From an uncultured Bacteroides sp. (lineage in GTDB: Bacteria > Bacteroidota > Bacteroidia > Bacteroidales > GCA-2748055): a stretch of DNA of 64,000 nt. The translations under genes were made by a program, and so were the position numbers. Below the pieces are notes generated by a model. It made no database searches, was not told the origin of the DNA, and saw nothing but the letters and a program-made list of their open reading frames with translations. Positions within the stretch are counted from its first letter, which is position 1; each line of letters starts with the position of its first letter. Location: NCBI GenBank assembly GCA_964601975.1, contig CAZRPW010000008.1, positions 10,979-74,978 of the forward strand, in the 5' to 3' direction. This document shows positions 55,347-64,000 of the stretch, piece after piece.

Positions 55347-57407
55347 TTATTCCTTGGTAATCTTCAGGTAAAGGGTCTCGGCATGGACCTCTTCCTCAAT
55401 TTTTAACAGATAGAAACCTGGTGAGAGTGTGGAAAGATCCAGTCTGCAGATACGATCGCTAATATTCCTGCGAAATTGAATGCGTTTCCCCGAAACATTG
55501 TAAATGCTCACATCATAGCTGCCAGATTCCATATTGTTGTGGATATTCAGAGTTCCTGATACAGGGTTAGGGTAGGCTTCAAACTTGTTTTTACCTTCAA
55601 TGATCTCAAAGCCCACAGTTGGGACGCTCACATAGCTCTTTTCCGCTCCGGCAAACAAATTGCCTGAATGATCTTCCAGTTCAGCCCCTATTTTTAGGAA
55701 ATAGTGCTGAAAGGCTTCAAGCTCATGAAGGGGAGTTATAGTGACAGAGGTAAATTCCTCATTCATCTTTATACTTACAGGAACATCGGGTCCGTCAACA
55801 GAAGCTTCTCTGAGGCTGATAATCGAACCTGCATTTTCCTCTGTCAGCTCCGTACCATCAGACAACCTGATGCTTTCATTAAAGACAAGGAGGAATTCTG
55901 TGTCATTCTTAATAGTGTCACCCTCTGGTGTTATATTCACCACGGGGGAAGTAATGTCGGGGTAGCTGCCCTTGAGATGCACCTGCACAGCAACTCGTTC
56001 TGTACTGTCCATATCAGAATTAAGGGTGAGGATGTCATCGTAAACAGATCCTTCGGGACTTCCTTCCGGGTACATGGTTACCTTGAGACTCGTATTTTCC
56101 CCGGCTGGAAGCTTGAAGGGCAGGGTCTCGTCCACATTGAAATCATTGCCATGTAGACCAATACTGGTGATTTGACGGTCCTGGTCGCTGTTATTCCTGA
56201 TTTGCAGCAGGTATTCCTTTTCTGTGTAACCGTCCCACTCGCCAAAATTTACGCTCTCCACCACTGGTTTAATCAGGGTAGTTTGCCAGGGAAACTTGAG
56301 CACCCGGCCGGCACGCATATCGTTGTCAAAGCTTAGCTCCAGGGCAAGACTTCCATCGGGGTGCACCTCGCGGGCAGCAGGAGCAGAAATTTGTCCCCCG
56401 TATCCTACCAGCGTTGTTCCCGAGGGAAGTCGCTGTGTGCTTCCTCCTGTCTTTCCGAAGACCGTTTTCCCTGCATCGTATTCCCACACCAGTTCGACAG
56501 TAAGGGCTTCTTCATTTAGTGCGTATTCCACTGCCCTGGAATAGCCTGGATTCCGATCGTTCCCATTATCAAATAAGGTGTAATTTCCATTCTCCATAAC
56601 CCTGATGTCGTGAGGCCATGAGAAAAGGTGGGTGGTATCTGAAAAGTCGAATTCGTTGTTCTTTCCTCCCAATCTCCAGATGATTTCCCCGCTCTGCCGG
56701 TCAATCTTGGTAACTTCGTTCATGGCACGGGCAAGGAGGAGGATATTTCCGTCATGGTCAATGGCAAGGGCATTCGGATGTACATAATCGACCGATGAGG
56801 CCGATAAATCCTTGTAAGTGTCCGATATTTCATAATGGTCAAAGCTGTTCCACTCAAAAACCACGTTTTTTTCTTCGTCCAGTTCCTGAATCACACAGCC
56901 TTTAACTGTTGCAGCAATATTTCCGGTATCGACGATGGTGCTCAGATCCATGGATCTTAATTCCAGCCCAAATATCAGGAAGTGTCCGTTCTCCATGGCA
57001 ATGAAATCATGGGTGTCTATCTGGTAACGCTCCATCCGGACCGAGTCCACTATCTGGTAGCTGCTGTCCATGAGGTAAAATTGTTTCACCTCATCGTCAC
57101 TTCTCAGGAAGCTAAGTAAGCCACTTGGCTGAACGGCAAAATTACTGGATTGATAGGGGAGGTATTTGTAATAGAGAGGCGTTCCAAAATTGTCCATGAT
57201 CAGGAGATAGCCCGGATGTTTGGTAGCCTGGGGGCGTATCACAGTGAAGATATGATCGGGATCGGGTTGGTTTTGCTGACTGATTGTATAAGTGTGGAAG
57301 CTGGAAGGCAGGTCAACTGCCTGGGCCCCGGCATCAACGAAAGTACTTATACTCAAATATACGAATGACAGAATACCGGTTATGCGGCTTAGTTTATGAA
57401 ACTTCAT
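55347..57407 (-). CDS. ASST-like beta-propeller protein with an Ig-like domain and a T9SS C-terminal sorting domain
   Basis: DYVHPNALAIDHDGN, WPHDIRVMENGNYTLFDNGN. C-terminal AYPNPVSGTLNI...IYNVSGKRI...LSPGFYLLKI. Confidence 0.7.
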   Translation of the reverse strand: MKFHKLSRITGILSFVYLSISTFVDAGAQAVDLPSSFHTYTISQQNQPDPDHIFTVIRPQATKHPGYLLIMDNFGTPLYYKYLPYQSSNFAVQPSGLLSFLRSDDEVKQFYLMDSSYQIVDSVRMERYQIDTHDFIAMENGHFLIFGLELRSMDLSTIVDTGNIAATVKGCVIQELDEEKNVVFEWNSFDHYEISDTYKDLSASSVDYVHPNALAIDHDGNILLLARAMNEVTKIDRQSGEIIWRLGGKNNEFDFSDTTHLFSWPHDIRVMENGNYTLFDNGNDRNPGYSRAVEYALNEEALTVELVWEYDAGKTVFGKTGGSTQRLPSGTTLVGYGGQISAPAAREVHPDGSLALELSFDNDMRAGRVLKFPWQTTLIKPVVESVNFGEWDGYTEKEYLLQIRNNSDQDRQITSIGLHGNDFNVDETLPFKLPAGENTSLKVTMYPEGSPEGSVYDDILTLNSDMDSTERVAVQVHLKGSYPDITSPVVNITPEGDTIKNDTEFLLVFNESIRLSDGTELTEENAGSIISLREASVDGPDVPVSIKMNEEFTSVTITPLHELEAFQHYFLKIGAELEDHSGNLFAGAEKSYVSVPTVGFEIIEGKNKFEAYPNPVSGTLNIHNNMESGSYDVSIYNVSGKRIQFRRNISDRICRLDLSTLSPGFYLLKIEEEVHAETLYLKITKE

Positions 57408-57515
57408 TTTCTCCTTCCTGATTGGAGAACAAAATTAACTAAAAACCTTTGACTCTCTAAGTGTGAAAGTAGTCTGTGTTCAACTTATGCTATCTTAGCA
57501 ACAAATAAACACATC

Positions 57516-57863
57516 ATGAAGATTATCTCATTATCAAAGGTCGAAAAAACTGAAGTCAAAATGGAAGGTGCTGTTGGAGCATCAAGACAGCTTCCCCTTG
57601 GTAGTGCAGACGGTACTCCCGTTTATTCCTACCGGGTATTTACTGTGGATCCGGGAGGGCATACTCCCTATCACACCCATCCCTATGAGCATATGAATTA
57701 TGTAATCGAGGGCGAAGGTGCACTTGTAAATGAAGCAGGGGAGGAGACTCCGTTAAAAGCAGGTGACTTTGCCCTGGTTAATCCCAGCGAAAAACACCAG
57801 TATCGCAACAAAGGGGACCAGCCCTTTAAGATGATCTGCGGGGTGCCGAAGGAGTTTGAGTAG
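57516..57863 (+). CDS. Cupin-domain protein
   Basis: GGHTPYHTHPYEH...G...L..GD...H motifs, 115 aa. Confidence 0.8.
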   Translation: MKIISLSKVEKTEVKMEGAVGASRQLPLGSADGTPVYSYRVFTVDPGGHTPYHTHPYEHMNYVIEGEGALVNEAGEETPLKAGDFALVNPSEKHQYRNKGDQPFKMICGVPKEFE

Positions 57864-57871
57864 CGATCCGC

Positions 57872-58603
57872 TTAAAGGAATTTCTTTTTTATGAACGCAT
57901 CAAAGGCTTCCTTGTATTGCTGGCTTACGGGGATGCGCTCATTGCCAAACAGAATGCGATAGCGCTCGATGGTTTTTATCTTTTCCAGGTGAACGATGTA
58001 GGAACGGTGCACCCGCATGAAGCGCTCCGATGGCAGTTTTGCCTCCAGGGACTTCATGGTTGCATGAAAGACAAGGGGAGTCTTTGAAAATTCCAGGTAA
58101 AGCTTGACATAATCCTTAAGTCCCTCCAGGTAGAGGATATCACTGTAATCGATTCGCTTTACCTGCATTTCTGCCTTGATAAACAGGTAATCTTCTTCCT
58201 TGTCCCGGCTGTCGGAAGCTGCCGGGTCCGCTCTTGCCAGCAAATCAAATTGTTTTTTGGCCCGGAGGGCAGAATCCAGGAAGACTTCAAAGGAGATAGG
58301 CTTCAGCAGGTAGTCGAGCGCATGAAGCTGGAAGCCTTCCACGGCATGTTTTTCATATGCCGTGGTAAAGATTACCTTGCAGCTTTCAACCAGGGTCCGG
58401 GCAAATTCGATACCCGTAAAGTCAGGCATATGAATATCCAGGAAGATGAGCTGAACGGCGTTTTCCTGGAGAAACTCCATGGCATCTATGGCATTGTCAA
58501 ACTGGCCCGCAAGCTTAAGGAAGGGAGTTTTCGTGATATACGATACCATCAGTCCCAGTGCCAGGGGTTCATCATCAATGGCTATGCAGGAAATTGTTTT
58601 CAT
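57872..58603 (-). CDS. LytTR-family response regulator
   Basis: Receiver domain (IAIDDEPLA...LIFLDIHMP) plus LytTR (FMRVHRSYIVHL). Confidence 0.9.
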   Translation of the reverse strand: MKTISCIAIDDEPLALGLMVSYITKTPFLKLAGQFDNAIDAMEFLQENAVQLIFLDIHMPDFTGIEFARTLVESCKVIFTTAYEKHAVEGFQLHALDYLLKPISFEVFLDSALRAKKQFDLLARADPAASDSRDKEEDYLFIKAEMQVKRIDYSDILYLEGLKDYVKLYLEFSKTPLVFHATMKSLEAKLPSERFMRVHRSYIVHLEKIKTIERYRILFGNERIPVSQQYKEAFDAFIKKKFL

Positions 58604-59670
58604 GCTTCATGGGAAATGGGAAGTGTTAACTGAACAAAGAATTTTGCATTATCTGTTTTCATGAGCAGCTGAGCTCTTTCTCCATAGAGCAGCTCAAGCC
58701 TTTTCTGGATGTTCTGAATCCCAACACCACCTTCCGAACCTGACTCTTTCTCCCTTTGCTGCGGGATGCTGTTTACACACTCAAAAATAATGGAATCTCC
58801 TTCTGTTTTTAATCCGATGCTTATGTGGGAGGGTTCCCTGTAACTTACTCCATGTTTGAAGGCGTTTTCGATAAAAGGAATAAAAAACAGAGGGGGTATT
58901 TTTACATCCGGAACATTCAGCATGATATCCACATCCAGTTTCACCTTTGATGTCAGCCTTTGCCGCATTAAATCAATATAGTTGCGTGTAAATTCAAACT
59001 CCTTCCTGAGATCGATCATTTTTGTATCCGATTCGTAAATCAGGTAGCGCATCAAACCGGATAATTTCTCCACTGCCTGCTGGGCCTGGGGACCATCAAT
59101 GGCAATCAGGGCATATATATTGTTTAGTGAGTTGAAAAAGAAATGGGGACTGATCTGGTTTTTCAGGAAGGCCAGTTCTGTATCCATCCGGGCCTTTTCA
59201 ATCTCTTTATGTTTTGTTTCATTTTGTTTCTGTTGTTGCATGATTGCCATTCCCGTACTGAAACCCAGTACCAGTAGAATCAGGAAAAAGTTATCTATTA
59301 TTTTCGGATGTAAGCCAAATATGCCCGTGGGTCTGGGTCTTTTGAATTCCTGCATATCTGTTATTCTCAGGGCATCAAAGTCAATGAGGTTATATGTAAG
59401 TTGAAACAGGCTGAGCATGAGGATGGCAAACAGAAATAGTACAAGGAAAAACCAGATCCGTTTTTTCCTGAAATAAAGTTTGGGAACAATGAACAGGAAG
59501 TTGATATAAAAGGCCACAAACATGATGGCCAGCTGGTAATAGTAGGAGTGCATCCAGAAACTATAGCGGGGATTGTCCCGGTCGATACCAAACAGGGGAA
59601 GCAGAACAATTACCAGGATGCCCAGGATGTGGGGCAGGAATCTCTCCAGTCGGGTTCTGTTAATACTCAT
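58600..59670 (-). CDS. Membrane sensor histidine kinase, LytS/YehU type
   Basis: TM-rich N-terminus, H-box NQISPHFFFNSLNNIYAL, N-box PFIENAFKHG. 4-nt overlap with the response regulator. Confidence 0.88.
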   Translation of the reverse strand: MSINRTRLERFLPHILGILVIVLLPLFGIDRDNPRYSFWMHSYYYQLAIMFVAFYINFLFIVPKLYFRKKRIWFFLVLFLFAILMLSLFQLTYNLIDFDALRITDMQEFKRPRPTGIFGLHPKIIDNFFLILLVLGFSTGMAIMQQQKQNETKHKEIEKARMDTELAFLKNQISPHFFFNSLNNIYALIAIDGPQAQQAVEKLSGLMRYLIYESDTKMIDLRKEFEFTRNYIDLMRQRLTSKVKLDVDIMLNVPDVKIPPLFFIPFIENAFKHGVSYREPSHISIGLKTEGDSIIFECVNSIPQQREKESGSEGGVGIQNIQKRLELLYGERAQLLMKTDNAKFFVQLTLPISHEA

Positions 59671-59702
59671 TTGACAAACTTAAGCTTCTTAATTCAAATA
59701 TA

Positions 59703-60923
59703 CTACTCATGTCTGAGGGCATCAATGGGATCCAGGGCGGAAGCCTTCCGGGCCGGGTACCAGCCAAAGAAGATCCCGATAAAGGAGCAGAAAAGAAAGG
59801 ACAGCAGGATGGAGTTCGTGGTAATCAGGATGGGCCACCCGAGGGAGCTCTCCACCGCATTGGACACCAGGAAGCCCAGTCCAACCCCGATAATTGCCCC
59901 GATAACACTCAAAAGAATGGCTTCCAGAAGGAATTGCTTCAGGATATCCCTTCCCTTGCCTCCTATGGCCAGACGGAGGCCGATTTCACGGGTACGTTCG
60001 GTTACCGATACATACATGATATTCATAATCCCGATTCCGCCAACCACAAGAGAGATGGCAGCAATGGATCCCAGCAGCACCAGCATCATTTCTGAAATGG
60101 AGCTAAAGTTGCTGATCAGTTCCTCCTGGGTCCTGATCTCAAAATCATTATCCTCGCTGTCCTTTAGTTTGTGTGAGGCTCGCATAAGTTCTTCCACTTC
60201 GGCGCTGGTTTCCGAAATCATATCTTCCGATTTGGCGGAGATAACGATAGCGCGGAGGTAGGTCTGGCGAACCACCCTTTTCATAACCGTAGTATATGGT
60301 ACCAGGATCATATCATCCTGATCCTGCCCAAAGGTATTGTCGCCCTTCTCCGATAACGTGCCGATGATCTTGAAAGGAATCTTCTCAAAACGGATGGTTT
60401 GACCGATGGGATCCACACCCTCTTCGAATAGATTGTCAATTACTGTTTGTCCCACCAGGCAAACCTTTGCAGCACTCTGGATTTCCTGGGTGGTGTACAT
60501 TCGCCCATTGGCTACCTCATATTTTTTAATAAAGGTGTATTCTTCATTTCCGCTATACAGGCTGGTGGGCCAGTTGTTTGATCCGTAGACCAGCTGACCG
60601 CTGGAATTTACTTCGGGTGAGATGGCATCAATGTTGGTACTGTTTTCCCTCAGATAGCTTACATCAGACACCTTCAGGGTCTGGGACATGGATCTTCCCT
60701 GCTGGATCCCGCCCCGGCTCAGGCTGGTTGGCATTACATTGATCAGGTTGGTACCCATGGAGGAGATCTTCGACTTGATGCTGGCATTGGATCCTTCCCC
60801 GATGGCCAGCATGGCAATAACGGCTGCTACCCCGATGACAATTCCCAGCATGGTCAGGAAGGACCGCATTTTGTTTCTTTTTATAGCAGCCAGGGCGATT
60901 TTAATAAGATTCAACAGTTTCAT
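59703..60923 (-). CDS. MacB-type ABC transporter permease (FtsX + MacB periplasmic domain)
   Basis: N-terminal TM, large periplasmic domain, three C-terminal TM helices, ...PARKASALDPIDALRHE tail. Confidence 0.9.
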   Translation of the reverse strand: MKLLNLIKIALAAIKRNKMRSFLTMLGIVIGVAAVIAMLAIGEGSNASIKSKISSMGTNLINVMPTSLSRGGIQQGRSMSQTLKVSDVSYLRENSTNIDAISPEVNSSGQLVYGSNNWPTSLYSGNEEYTFIKKYEVANGRMYTTQEIQSAAKVCLVGQTVIDNLFEEGVDPIGQTIRFEKIPFKIIGTLSEKGDNTFGQDQDDMILVPYTTVMKRVVRQTYLRAIVISAKSEDMISETSAEVEELMRASHKLKDSEDNDFEIRTQEELISNFSSISEMMLVLLGSIAAISLVVGGIGIMNIMYVSVTERTREIGLRLAIGGKGRDILKQFLLEAILLSVIGAIIGVGLGFLVSNAVESSLGWPILITTNSILLSFLFCSFIGIFFGWYPARKASALDPIDALRHE

Positions 60924-60955
60924 TGTGTTCAGTATTTTTATTTTTGATCAAAAGC

Positions 60956-61729
60956 TTAACTTGCCAGGGAGGGTTCCTGTAATAGCTCATCGTCATCATG
61001 TAATTCCAGGAGTGCGTTCCGGGCGTTTTGCCGGTTCACCACCCGCTGGTCCCTGATGATCCTTCCATCGCGAAAAACGATATTTCTTTTGGTAAATGCT
61101 GCGATATCAGGCTCATGTGTGACAAATCCAATGGTGATCCCGTTCTCGTTCAGCTCCTGGAACAGGGCCATGATCTCAAAGGATGTACGTGTGTCCAGGT
61201 TCCCGGTGGCTTCGTCGGCCAGGATAATTACCGGGTTATTCACAATGGATCGGGCAATGGCCACACGTTGCTGCTGACCACCCGACATCTGATTGGAAAG
61301 GTGCTTCATGCGATCTTTCAGACCAACGGCTATCAAGGCCTGTTCGGCTTTTTCACGACGTTCCCTGTTGCTTACAAGGGGATTATAGAGCAAGGGTAGC
61401 TCCACATTTTCCTGGGCTGTGGTGCGGGGAAGGAGGTTATAGGACTGGAATACAAATCCCAGTTTGGTGTTTCGGATCTCTGCCAGCTGGTTTTTCTTCA
61501 TGGAACGTATATTGGTCCCGTCCAGCCAGTAATCTCCCTCGCTGGGTTTGTCCAGGCAACCCAGGATATTCAGCAGGGTGGACTTACCCGAACCACTGGC
61601 CCCCATGATGGCGACGAACTCACCTTTTGAGATGCACAGATCAATTCCCCGCAGGGCCCTGACAGTTTCATCTCCCACCTGGTAGTTTTTCTGAATTTCC
61701 TTTAACTCTATGATATTATGATTGGTCAT
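60956..61729 (-). CDS. ABC transporter ATP-binding protein (MacB/LolD class)
   Basis: GASGSGKST Walker A, LSGGQQQRVAIAR signature, ILADEATGNLD Walker B. Start set at MTNHNII. Confidence 0.93.
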   Translation of the reverse strand: MTNHNIIELKEIQKNYQVGDETVRALRGIDLCISKGEFVAIMGASGSGKSTLLNILGCLDKPSEGDYWLDGTNIRSMKKNQLAEIRNTKLGFVFQSYNLLPRTTAQENVELPLLYNPLVSNRERREKAEQALIAVGLKDRMKHLSNQMSGGQQQRVAIARSIVNNPVIILADEATGNLDTRTSFEIMALFQELNENGITIGFVTHEPDIAAFTKRNIVFRDGRIIRDQRVVNRQNARNALLELHDDDELLQEPSLAS

Positions 61730-61768
61730 TTTCTTTTTTTTAGATGATAAGCGCAATATAAATGATCA

Positions 61769-63031
61769 TTAACGCGGGGGACCGGAACCTCCTCTTTCCT
61801 GGACGAAGGGACTGGATTTTTCTTCTTTATTCTGATTTTCCTTTTTTATCTTCTTTCCGGTGACTTCTTCCATAGATGTAATTACCAGGTCTCCTTCAGT
61901 CAGTCCGGACAGGATCTCAATATTGGAACCATCGTTGATTCCTGTTTCCACGGGTACCGGCCTTATTGATATTCCTTCCTTGACCCATACCACCTGCTGT
62001 CCTTCATCCATCTCAACGCCGGGGGGAGTTCCCGAGGGACCCTGATTCTTTTGTGAAGGAGGAGCTGGTCGCTGGTCTTCGGGCAGGGAACTCATGTAAT
62101 TCATCATTAAGTCCCTGTCGGGGGTAAAGCGGACGGCCTTGCCAGGCAGAAGCAGAACATCGTTGGCCTCTTCCACATAGTCGGTAATGCTGGCTGTCAT
62201 TCCCGGCTTCAGTTTATGTTCCGCATTTCCAACTGTAACAATGACCGTATAGGTAACCACATTGGATATTTCGGTGGGTTGCAGTCTCACCTCGGAGACC
62301 TCTCCGGTAAAAGTGTCATCCGGGAAGGCGTCCACTGTGAAATCGACACGCTGGCCTAGCTTCACCATGCCTATATCGGCTTCATCCACATCGGCTTCCA
62401 CCTGCATGATGGAAAGATCGTTGGTTATAGTATAAAGCTCCGGAGTATTCATGCTTGCTGCCACGGTCTGGCCTTCTTCCACGGCACGGTTCAGCACGAT
62501 TCCGTCGATGGGTGAGTATATCGTGGCATAACTCAGATTCCGCTCTGCCTTATCCAAATTGGCTTTGGCAGACTTCAGGCTGGCCTTGGTGGTCTTATAA
62601 TTATATTCGGCCAGGTCGTAATCACTATCGGCCAGCATCTCCTGGTCATTCAGGACTTTCATACGGGCCAGGTTTGATTCCTGGTAATCAAACTCAGCCT
62701 GAGCCCGGTTCACGTCGGCCTCTTTGGTCTCAAGATCTGATAGCAGGGTCGATTTATCCAGTTCGGCGATCAGCTGTCCTTTCTTCACCTCTGAGTTGAA
62801 GTCTACATATAGTTTCTCAATGACCCCGGAAACCTGTGTTCCCACTTCAACCGTATTGGTTGCCTCCAGGGTGCCTGTGGCTGTGATGGTGATATTGACC
62901 GAGCCCAGCTCAATTTTTTCAGTCTCAAATACATAATTTGAGTGGCCTTTCCGGAAAGCCAGGAATATCAAAGCTCCTGCGATTAGAAGTAGACTTGTAA
63001 GGCTGATAATGAGGATGCGTTTCTTTTTCAT
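61769..63031 (-). CDS. Efflux periplasmic adaptor (HlyD/MacA family)
   Basis: N-terminal TM, coiled-coil hairpin, beta-barrel domains, position between the TolC and ABC genes. Confidence 0.88.
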   Translation of the reverse strand: MKKKRILIISLTSLLLIAGALIFLAFRKGHSNYVFETEKIELGSVNITITATGTLEATNTVEVGTQVSGVIEKLYVDFNSEVKKGQLIAELDKSTLLSDLETKEADVNRAQAEFDYQESNLARMKVLNDQEMLADSDYDLAEYNYKTTKASLKSAKANLDKAERNLSYATIYSPIDGIVLNRAVEEGQTVAASMNTPELYTITNDLSIMQVEADVDEADIGMVKLGQRVDFTVDAFPDDTFTGEVSEVRLQPTEISNVVTYTVIVTVGNAEHKLKPGMTASITDYVEEANDVLLLPGKAVRFTPDRDLMMNYMSSLPEDQRPAPPSQKNQGPSGTPPGVEMDEGQQVVWVKEGISIRPVPVETGINDGSNIEILSGLTEGDLVITSMEEVTGKKIKKENQNKEEKSSPFVQERGGSGPPR

Positions 63032-64000
63032 CTTTTTTAAGTTTAATGGGATCCCCCAGGTAATAATTCACGATTCTGTTTTGTAAAACCATATTATATT
63101 TTGCTTGTGACAGCTTGTTCTCTGCAGCAGTCAGGTTGTTCTTGGATGTCATATAATCCACTGAATTCAGCAGGCCCTGAGCAAACATTTCCTCGGCCAG
63201 GCGGTAAGATTCCTGTTCTGCTTTCAGTTGTTCTGAATTGGAATCGAAAAGGCTTTGCGTGGTAAGGGCATCCGTACAGGCCTGTTCAATTGCCTTCCGA
63301 AGATCATTCTTGATATCCACCAGGTTGTACTGGTAATTCTCATACTGAATCTCTGCCTGCCTGACATTGTTTTTCACTTTCTTTCGCTGATAAATTGGTA
63401 TTGAAAGTGTTAAGCCCGCATTTGGATTTATTTGTCTGGATATCTGTTCTCCCAGGCTGATGCCAGTCAGCGTGTTGCTATACCAGCTGTTGATTCCGCC
63501 AGTCAGGGATAGAGACGGCAGGGCATCGGCTTTGGCAAGTTTAATGTCCAGACCTGCACTTTCCAGGTCCAATTCTGCAGTTTTTAGTCCGGGCTGCAGA
63601 CCAAGAGCAACATTATAAACCATTGAAGCATCCGTTTCGGTTTCCTGGATGAGCAGTGATTCAATATCCGGGTCCACAATATCAAAAGCAGAGCTGGCTG
63701 GCATATTCATAAGCTGCATTAAAGAAACCAGACCAATTCTGAGATCACTTTGTGATGCAGTAAGGCTTGTCCTGTCACTGGAATATTGTGATTTTATATT
63801 AAGATAATCCGAGGGTGACATTACGCCAGCTTCTTTACGTGCAGTAGCCTGCTCAAGCTGCATTTCAGTGGCCTCCAGCTGCGATTCACTGTTCTTAACC
63901 TGTTCTTTGTAATACAATACATAGATGTATGCGGAAAGAACTTCCAGGCTAATCAGTTCTTCCTGGGTCTGGATGTCAGATTCTGCAGCCAGCAGGTTGG
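62925..64000 (-). CDS. TolC-family outer-membrane efflux protein (5' end lies outside the window)
   Basis: The frame stays open to nt 64000 (...NLLAAESDIQTQEELISLEVLSAYIYVLYYKEQ...). TolC-like repeated helical pattern. The 3' end overlaps the adaptor gene by 107 nt. Confidence 0.85.
   Translation of the reverse strand, partial: NLLAAESDIQTQEELISLEVLSAYIYVLYYKEQVKNSESQLEATEMQLEQATARKEAGVMSPSDYLNIKSQYSSDRTSLTASQSDLRIGLVSLMQLMNMPASSAFDIVDPDIESLLIQETETDASMVYNVALGLQPGLKTAELDLESAGLDIKLAKADALPSLSLTGGINSWYSNTLTGISLGEQISRQINPNAGLTLSIPIYQRKKVKNNVRQAEIQYENYQYNLVDIKNDLRKAIEQACTDALTTQSLFDSNSEQLKAEQESYRLAEEMFAQGLLNSVDYMTSKNNLTAAENKLSQAKYNMVLQNRIVNYYLGDPIKLKKDEKETHPHYQPYKSTSNRRSFDIPGFPERPLKLCI

Overview
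The window looks like an ordinary chromosomal segment of a Bacteroidota-type genome. Evidence: a SusC/SusD pair, T9SS C-terminal sorting domains, a GldB-like fragment, DUF1573, many LytTR two-component genes and TAnnTTTG -7 boxes. I call about 57 protein genes and one tRNA-Ser(GCU). I see no rRNA, no CRISPR array, no transposase or integrase, and no recognisable defence or toxin genes. Housekeeping genes (ppk1, meaB, lpdA, uvrA, smpB, miaA, recA, bcp, clpS) are mixed with envelope and signalling genes: two NfeD/SPFH pairs, tandem serpins, a BlaI/BlaR1-like module, an ECF sigma module, SusCD, two ASST-like T9SS cargos and MacAB-TolC. One gene is absent from the ORF track, a 55-aa 2x[4Fe-4S] ferredoxin at 1376..1543 (-). 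Four items are most worth a second look. (1) The largest gap in the window (38.4-39.1 kb) is GC-rich and ORF-poor, has its own promoter-like box and a strong terminator, and may encode a large structured RNA I cannot assign to a known family. (2) Arrays of 7-9-nt tandem repeats (AAGTCnnn, TGTAAAGTC, GGTAAAT, GGGTAAGT, nnTAACTA) sit immediately 3' of genes, twice joined to the same GAGAGCCGGTTGC hairpin. (3) A LytTR signalling island (46.9-53.2 kb) holds a response regulator translationally coupled to a secreted MBL hydrolase, a kinase followed by a degenerate pseudokinase, a soluble orphan kinase, and two paralogous small secreted proteins of unknown family. (4) An ECF sigma factor is coupled to a protein that combines an anti-sigma-like N-terminus, a TM helix and an outer-membrane beta-barrel. 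All functional assignments rest on motif recognition by eye, because no database search was possible.
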